A stretch of DNA of 64,000 bases from Octopus sinensis (lineage: Eukaryota). The stretch spans positions 150,164,001 through 150,228,000 of the forward strand of contig NC_042997.1 in assembly GCF_006345805.1 (NCBI RefSeq), given 5' to 3'. The notes beneath the pieces are model-generated. The model was not told the origin of the DNA. It worked only from the letters and a program-made list of their open reading frames with translations, and searched no databases. This document shows positions 55,307-64,000 of the stretch, in pieces (within the stretch, counting starts at the first letter, position 1; each line of letters begins with the position of its first letter). The translations under genes were made by a program, and so were the position numbers.

Positions 55307-55762
55307 TGTGTATGTGTGTGTGTATGTGTTTGTGTGCATGCGTATATATATATATATATTTGTGTATATATGCATAAGTATGCATATAAATGTGTATATA
55401 TATATGTATATACATATATGTATATATATTATATATATGCATATATATATATATATATATATTATAATATTATATATATGCATATATATATATATATTAT
55501 ATATTATATATATGCATATATATATATTATATATATATATAGATATATATATATATATGCATATATATATATATATTTATATTTATATATATGCATATAT
55601 ATATATTATATATTTATATATTGCATATATATATACATGTGTGTATATATATATGTATATATATGTATGTAAATACATAAATATGTATGTGTGTATACAT
55701 CCATTTACATATATATGTATATATATATGTGTGTGTGTATGTATATATATATATATGTATAT

Positions 55763-55793
<31 letters not shown>

Positions 55794-55910
55794 TTGTATA
55801 TATATGTATATATATATGTTATATATATATATATATATATATTGTGTGTGGTGTATATATATGTATATATATGTATATAACTGTACATATATATGTATAT
55901 ATATATATGT
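55215..55910. repeat. TA/TG microsatellite field
   Basis: Directly visible. Confidence 0.95.
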
Positions 55911-56118
55911 TGTCATTATTAGTTCCATTACTTGAAGTGTATCACTAATTGGCTCAAGACTGTAATGTGTTATTACGTTTATTGCAATAGTTAGGTTCCT
56001 ACTTTATGAATTCAATTTACCGTTCAGGATGTTTCAGTCGATTTACATGACCCCACCACCTCATTCTCTCTCTCTGTCTGCCTGTCTTCTTGACTCCTTC
56101 TTTCTATCTCTCCCTCCC

Positions 56119-56151
<33 letters not shown>

Positions 56152-57117
56152 GCTCTGTATACGCGAGCGCACAGAACTTTCATTATACTAATGAAAAATG
56201 AAATAATGCAAATATATGGTGAAGTGGTGTGTTAGTGGTCTTTAGTTTTACCTCTTCGTGATATAATTTAAAGTCTGGAATGCGTTATTTGTTCAGATTT
56301 TAGTAATCTATCCACCAGTCATATAATGGACATGATTCAATCGATTATATCATTTTCCTATGACAACCAGCTGTGTACCTAGTCAAAAACATATCAATCA
56401 ATAATCTAACGTTACATTTATGGATAATTATGTTCAGATTTGTCTGCTGCAGCTGATACAATCTGTGGAGAATATAACAATGAGGCAACGATTCAGCTGT
56501 TCATATCCATAAACGAATTTAAATCCAAAGCCCAGTTCACCTGCTCATAAATCGGTGTCGAATTGGGCAAGTCATTATTGCGTCGACAATATAAAACGGG
56601 ATATATGTTCCGTTTCACTGCACCCTACGTTCAACTGCGCTTTTCGCCTTCTCGGGGCCGACAAAATATACCAAACTCGGGTGGTGTATCGGTGGGACTG
56701 TAACAATGTCGACCAAGGTATCTTGCCTGTTCCCACTCAGCTTTTTTGCGTTATGTTCCATAGCTTATTTGTATGTTTGACTTAATCCATCACTCTTTAC
56801 CGAGTCCTAGATTTTTCAGTAAGATCCACTGCGTTACCAGTATTAGGATCAGGTTTCTGGTCCCTTCTCCCTTCCCCTCCGCTAGTTTCGGATAATTTGT
56901 ACAGCATTAAAATATAAAGAGAAAATATCCACATGTTGATGCTTTCCACTGTTACAAACGACGACACGGCTGTATATACAATACATATTTATTTGCCGAG
57001 TTTTGAATAAGTCGCTCTCCTCTAGATTTAAATATTCGATGGCTGTTCACGAGATTTCCCATATTAAAACGAGAGAGTACATTAGACATAGCAACGTAGT
57101 TTTTCCTTCTAAGTATT

Positions 57118-57381
57118 TATTGGGTAGGTGCATAATTATTGCGGCTTTTTTTTTTCCAACAAATTTTATTCAACAAGAACAATAACAATATTTAACAAAA
57201 ACATCTTTAAATGACGGTATGACCGTCTGCCAAGCAAATGGGAAGCAGTAATTGAAGAAGATGGTGAATATGCTCTGGAATAAGCATTTAAATCGATTTT
57301 TGTTACATGTTATTATTATTTTTTTTTTGTTGAATAAAATTTGTTGAAACAAAGTCGCAATAATTATGCACCAACCCAATG
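57118..57381 (+). mobile_element. Mariner-derived MITE (~264 bp)
   Basis: TIR 'tattgggtaggtgcataattattgcg' / 'cgcaataattatgcaccaacccaat', extended by subterminal IRs (caacaaattttattcaacaa). Retains the transposase C-terminus DRLPSKWEAVIEEDGEY. Confidence 0.9.
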
Positions 57382-59277
57382 TATTCGTTGTACAAAAACA
57401 TTGTTGGCAAAAGGTTTTCTCACTTTGAAACTACTTCTGAACATGACTTGTATTTATTTTATTGATATACGAAGAAATTAAACATTTTTTTTTCCGTTGT
57501 AAATCCAGAACATAGAATCTAAATACTTCAAAGCTCTCTCTGGTTGACTTCGTAGCGTAATTTATTGCCAGAAAACCCTGGGGGTGTACTAATGAGGTAT
57601 TAAATACAATATTCAGAAACTAAAATAAAATGCGTTCATATTTCTATTTATTTCGTTTTAGAACTGTCAATACATGCTTTTCCTCAAGCCCAGCGCTCAC
57701 CTCTCCCAATGAAAAAATAAATAGGGACTGATGAACGATAAAAGGACGTGTTTCTGACAGGAGATAATTTTATTCCTCCCTCTAATCAGCTCGCTCTCTC
57801 CTGAATTGAGATTTATTTTTCATGAATAGTTATTTAAATATTATAGAATACTATGAATTCGCTTCTTTTTTGCATTCGCGCAGGGTTTATTCCATAATGA
57901 TATAAGCGTAAATGTTTCGAATTTTAATATTTATTTTTGGAAACACGTTTTCTTCTTTGCTATTTCGTAAACGAAGTCAACCAAATGAAAATTGCCTCCA
58001 TAACATGGATTATATTTTATTGTGGTTTTTAGTTCAAATCCCATCTAGATCAACTTTGCTTTTTGCCCTTCCGATAAGACATTTAGCTGAATAATAATGT
58101 CGATTTATTCAAATGAATACTAGCATCATCCTGATTTCTAAGACAAAAATTTCTGACAGACAAACTTTCTCGAAACGTCTTAGTGTGCTCTACTGTTTAA
58201 GAGCGAATGCAGAGTTGATGCTCCAAGTGTAATCAGTTTTGCAAGAGAAATAAGGCAGAAGTAACTCAATGAAATTAGTTTTAATCACCCCGTGATCGAC
58301 AATTATGGCAGAAGATTGATGTAGGTAAGGAGCCACTACGTGGCCGATATAACTTCTAGAAATAGTGGTTAAATTTCTCACAAATCACATTGTATTAATT
58401 TAAATATAGAACGACATATTGGACAAAGCAAGCGTAGACATAGCTGCTATTGTTGAGATGCTTTTTGAATAAGGATCTACTGAATCGGAGCTGGTCTGCA
58501 GTTAACAGCAAAACGAATTATATTAATCCAAATTTTCAGACATATGAAATGATTTTCTTTTACAAAATACTGCAGCTGATTATAGTAATGAAGTGTCCAT
58601 GAAGTATAGTATGGCTCTGGAGCTTTATGAACCGGGTCATTTATAAAGAATTAAGCTATTAGACACGAAATATTCAGCAACGTTAGCAGGATACACAAAC
58701 TGTAATTTTCAATTAAATACAATTCTAAATTTGTTTGTCTTAATAACCCACCTACACATTTTTTTCTCCATCGTCTAGACATTTTCACCTAAAAAATCTA
58801 GAACATTCTAGAAATTCTAGCTTTTCCCTTGACCTATATATATATATGTGTGTGTGTATATATATATATATTTGTGATAGTCATTAGTGAAATAAGAATC
58901 GTTTGATTTGAGCTTTCAAATGTCACACTTTTCTCAGTACAAACGATATTAAAAAGACCCTCGAATGGCATATAATATTCCTATTTAACATGTAATAAGT
59001 GCACACCCCACTACACATGCACGCAAAGACACACTCAGGGATATGTGCGCGCGCACGAACACACACACACACAAATGTATAGGTACATGTACATACATAG
59101 CTTCAGTCCATATTGTGGCCATTTATTTCCTGTTTCATTCTATGCATCGTGTGAAGTAGCCACCAAAATGAGTTGTGATGTTATACATATCTTCCATACT
59201 CCCATCAGCTATTCTTTTATGCTTTTCAGCCCAAAAGGTGTGGTCATGCTGGGGCACTACCCCTCCCCCCCACACAC

Positions 59278-59311
<34 letters not shown>

Positions 59312-60819
59312 ATTTTTGTGTGTATATATAGCGTTCACATTTAATCTATTATCATTGTTGTATTTGTGATTAGAATTTAATTTGGGATTTAGAAACAAGG
59401 TCTTTTGATACTACCTCCTAGTTTATTTATTTTATATCCAACTTCATGAATATTTATAGATAACGCATTAGGAATTCAAGTTGTCTTTTGGTGAGACTCA
59501 AACACAATAGTAACAGAAGCCCTGATTTCTGCTTTGGAAGAGGTGTAACTTTATAAATTGTAAAATAATGATGGTAGTCATCTGCATCAAAATACTTTAA
59601 ATTTGTGAAATTATTTTACACTGGAAGTTGAACCAACTGGATTTTTAAATCGAAAAGCTGAAAAAAAAAAAATGAAATAAATGTACATTGTTGAATTTAG
59701 AACTGATATCGAGTCTGCAGATTTGAAAATTTCTAAGTCATTTAGATAAGGCTTCAGCATTCTTTTTCGTGAAGAAGAACTCATGAGAGATACTACACTC
59801 TTAAAAATCTTCAAGATAATTTTTCGTTGGCGTGCATTCAGAAAGTCCTGCAGAGTACAGTTTGTCATGACTGATTTTAGAGCCTTTTTAGTTGAGACTA
59901 TATTAATTATACAAAGAGAGAGAAGGCTATGTCCGATTTAACTAATTCCACTGACTACCCTAGAAGAATAATTACTGTAAATTGTTGCGGAGTTGGAACT
60001 CAGAAGTAAATATACTATAACATGCCTCCTAACAGTATTTACTGTTTTAGGTAGTCTAAACTCTTTTTACCATTTCCTGTTGATATTGATACACACACAC
60101 AGATTATCACATACACCCACATACACACTCCCGAAGACATGTACTGAAACGCCCATACACACAGATATATATTATGGGTAAGTAATTAGCTGGAGTAATT
60201 GACCATAATTAATCTTATCAGTTAAAGAATATTCATGTATTAATGAGTGAAAAACAAAATGTAACCATGTTGAAATTAATTTTAAGAGTTTAATTAATTT
60301 TTTCGACTCAGTATTTTTGCTAAGGTTACCCGGATTTACTATCGATTGAAAAGATAATATAATAAATTAATTAATTTAATTAATTAGCTAACATAGATGA
60401 TAGATTAATATAGCCGAAATTAAAGCAAAAATGCGTTCGCTTCTTTCTTTTGAAAGAACAGTGATCTGAAATATTATATTACGTAATGAAAAATGAATTC
60501 CAATTTTGAAGAATTTTATATGAATACAACATGCCACAACATCAAGAACATGTGCTCACACATGAATATTTGCAAACATACAGATTCTTTATACACACTA
60601 AACACATAGTGTTCATGTACACATAAGCACACAAACACAGGACATAAATTAACTCGCGGGAACGAATCTGTTTTCAAGCGAGGAAAGCACATTTAATGAA
60701 ATATTGCCGTTCGCTTAAGAAGATACCAAGCTGTAGTGAGAATAACTATGAAAGCATTATAAATCTGTTTTACTACAACAATTTCCATCAGAGAATATCA
60801 GCAACCTCCAACAACACAT

Positions 60820-60870
<51 letters not shown>

Positions 60871-61868
60871 TTTCCCATACATTAAGAAATGTCTTTATAA
60901 ACACGTGTGTTCGTAAAATACCATTAAGGCACCACACTCATCTTTCACTGACATTGTCACAATGTATAAATGATATTGGTTTACATTCTCGACCTTCTTC
61001 CTCGAAGATAAACTTTTAAGATATCAAGTAATCATTCAGGCGAAAATGTTTTATAGTTTTCCTAGAATTTGGATGAGGAATATAAAAAACAGAATCTTCC
61101 GAAATCTTCAGTCTTCACTGAGGTATTATATTGTATTCTATTGATTCAAACAAGAAACAGGGAAATTTAAATTCAAATAGTGCTTAAGACATTTTTCTGA
61201 GAATACGACGATATGTGCATTTATGTATGTGTTCAAGTAACACGTAAATGTAATATGTATTTCTTATATATACTCACATCACACGCACGTACACGTATAT
61301 GGTTGTACTTAACGTATTGTATATGCTTGTAGAGAGGCAAGAAAAGCTACAAGTATATTTTTATATGTACTCAAATAGATTGAAAAAGTATGTTTGCAGT
61401 CAAATATATGTAGCAAGCATTAATTTTATCCTGTCGCACTTAGACCGTGACCAAGCAAAACTGAATAGTTGTAGATTATGCATTGCTGTCTCGTGAATAC
61501 GGTAATGATGACGATAATGACCATCACAATCATGGCCATCATCATTAGCATCATTTATCGATTTTGTTGGAGGATGTCACTTTAGTATTTGTTGTCTCAC
61601 TACTTAGTTTTTGATGCTATTTCGCTCGGGTTATATTATTTAGCACATGGTCAATAATGAGCTCAGCAGCTTATTCCAGGTTTCGCAGTGGTGGTGGGGG
61701 GGGGGGAGGCAATGTTATTGTAATAAGAAATGTGTGTGTGTGTGTTTGTGTGCGTGTGCATACAGTGGAAAGCGTGTTTCAGTGTAAAATTTCATTATAG
61801 CTACTCTATGTTTCACGGTTCGGTTCGTGATATTGTAAATTGTGGTTTATGCTTGAATATACGTTATT

Positions 61869-61921
<53 letters not shown>

Positions 61922-62099
61922 CATACATATGTGTGACTGTGGCTGTATAGCTGAGATTTATGGGTGGATGTATGCGTATAAACTTTTCTCGTCGTTTGGA
62001 ATGAGAAGTCAAGAGACTGGATGTTTTATGTTTACGAGTATTTCTGCCTATATATACACATACGCATGTAGTTTTTTATTCGTTTCTTTAATATATTTA

Positions 62100-62670
62100 T
62101 AGTTGTGAATAAAATACATACTTGTGAACCATAATATACACATATACACTCACCCACTCCCACATACAACACCTCTACCCCCACCCTCAGCCTAACCCAC
62201 GCCACCATTGCTTTCCTCACTCTCGCCTCCCCACATCCCAAAACCACCACACACCACCATACCACACACCATCATACCACACACCACCACCCACATACTA
62301 GCACTGACCTCTTCCCAGTCCCCACGTCATCCTCCACACACCTACACATGCACACACACACGCGTCAAGGCCACCAGCCCTCTTCCACAAGCACATACAT
62401 GCTCTCTTTTATCACGCTCGTGCAATTTCGATTTGGGATCACCACTACTTTATCATCTCCCCTTCTACGTAGCTCTCCTGTGTGACCCCTCTGTCCGGTA
62501 TTCGCCATGATAAATCGCTAGCCACTACACATTCGTTATTTTCTCTCTCTGTTTCTTTCTGTGGAAGAGCGTAGGCTCGAAACGTTAAAGTCTTTTTTAC
62601 TTCCCGAGCGTTAAACTAATATATCTGTTTGTTGTCTTCGTCTTTTCTTTTTTGCGAATTCTGTCCCCCT
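62100..62670 (+). mobile_element. Longer copy of the CTGTGGA-hammerhead family (putative Penelope-like 3' region) with a C/A-rich leader
   Basis: The 3' 130 bp are homologous to 55060-55214. Ends at (CT)n(TA)n. The 5' boundary is uncertain. Confidence 0.6.
62555..62590 (+). ncRNA. Minimal hammerhead-like motif, A6-to-U core variant
   Basis: CTTT CTGTGGA a GAGC gtag GCTC GAAA CGTT AAAG: stems I and II pair perfectly, with an ACGT palindrome. Confidence 0.65.
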
Positions 62671-62685
62671 TCTCTCTCTCTCTCT

Positions 62686-62740
<55 letters not shown>

Positions 62741-63855
62741 AAATTCGCATACTAGCGCTCATCCTTTTGCATATTCTATCATATAACCATACTTTTTATA
62801 AGAATTGAAAACAGAAACATTTTATTACAAATCTTGTGTGGGAATGATGGTTTGTATATATATGTGTGTGTGAGAGAGAGTCTGTGTTTGTGTATGCGTG
62901 CGTGTGAGTATGGATGTGTGTATGTGTTTTTTTTGTGCGCGCACGCGTAAGGAACTGTAAAAATAAATCAGATTCCATAGAAATTGCTGGATTTTCGAAG
63001 TCAAAAATCTGTTGTAGAATCTCAGCAAAAGAACCCTGAAGTGATATCAAATTACGTTCACTTGCCAGGCAAAAAGCACCAAAGAATTTGTAGATAAAAA
63101 AAAGAGAAAAATGTATTTTATGGCGGTTCACTTCTTTCGCAAAAGTATTAGACTTTTGTAAAGTTAAATTGCGAAATACCAATAATCAAAGCTCTCTTGT
63201 AATTTCAGGAATCTGGGAAGTTTAAATTTCAGCATATGTAATTTTATAGACTTATTCTTAACTATGTCAATAGGATGGATAATGGTAAACATTAAAGATA
63301 AGAAATAAAAAGAGTCTGTTTTTTTTTATGAAGATATTTACTACACATGGTACGTAAAATACTATCAATTAATTCTTTGACCCTTCTAGATTAAATCAGG
63401 TACACATCAACGAAAAGATATTGAAAGAACTGGTTGACTTTAAGTTCAATAATGTTAATAGTCTTCATCACTTGGTTGGCATTGATCCACCTCATATCAG
63501 ATGGGATGTTGCCAGCGAAGCTGAAAATAATAATAATAGTAAAAAAAAGAGAGAGGCATATATTTGAAAGAAATCCATTACAAACTCGATGATAAGACTC
63601 GAAAAAAATTTCATGATATTACTTTTCCTGAAGAGGATACGAAAGAACCTATCCAAAATAAAAAAAAAATCGTTTGAAGAAGAGAGCGGTAAATGTTAAA
63701 TGCTCAACTGCTGGGAGCAAATAAGAAGGTAGAATCATGGGAACAGTTTTCAAAAGACGTGATGCTTGCTTAAAGCCGTCTTAATCGACTTCATGTTCGA
63801 TTGAGCCATAGCTAAGGAATACATACATATGAAATACCACCACCACCACCATTAT

Positions 63856-63896
<41 letters not shown>

Positions 63897-63914
63897 ATAA
63901 TAATAATAATAATA

Positions 63915-64000
63915 ATCCTTTCTATTAAAGGCACAAAACCTGAAATTTCGTGGGGGATGCTAGTCGATTATATCGAACCCAGTGTTTCACTGGAACTTAA
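63915..64000 (-). mobile_element. 3' part of SINE family A, cut by the window edge
   Basis: 'gtcgattatatcgaacccagtgtttcactggaactt' is the reverse complement of 15965-16000. Adjoins (AAT)n. Confidence 0.75.

Noticed and set aside
42330-55948. Many long ORFs (up to 241 aa) rich in Y/I/C/V/M/H
   Set aside because: They are translations of TA/TG microsatellites with no protein-like complexity.
57726-57760. Isolated CTGATGA (also near 37200 and 50606)
   Set aside because: No stem II followed by GAAA; expected by chance.
62032-62510. Pro/Thr/His-rich ORFs
   Set aside because: They come from the C/A-rich low-complexity leader of a repeat, with no RT or GIY-YIG motif visible.
63628-63660. CTGAAGA-GGATA/TATCC-AAAA hammerhead-like string
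   Set aside because: G12 is missing, there is no stem III or stem I, and no repeat context; could be chance.

Overview
AT-rich eukaryotic non-coding DNA (intergenic or deep intronic), crowded with microsatellites ((TA)n, (TAA/TTA)n, (CA)n, (TAGA)n, (ATG)n) and decayed transposons. The SINE families resemble those I recall from Octopus genomes, so a cephalopod source is an inference. No intact protein-coding gene is supported, and nearly all listed ORFs are microsatellite translations. Recognisable relics are an internally deleted mariner (18271-19093), a mariner-derived MITE (57118-57381), the 3' end of an R4/Dong-type RLE LINE (24028-24664) and several tRNA-derived SINE families. The main hidden signal is about 10 minimal, Penelope-type (type I) hammerhead-ribozyme-like motifs: CTGAnGA, stem II, GAAA, a palindromic stem III and an NUH triplet. 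They belong to at least five unrelated non-coding repeat families, almost all abut (TA)n tracts, and several form head-to-head inverted pairs with a one-sided 3' extension. One family fuses a Pol III tRNA head to the hammerhead tail (13583-14110), making it a candidate tRNA-headed, Penelope-mobilised SINE/retrozyme. All folds and alignments were done by eye, and coordinates of degenerate repeats are approximate.
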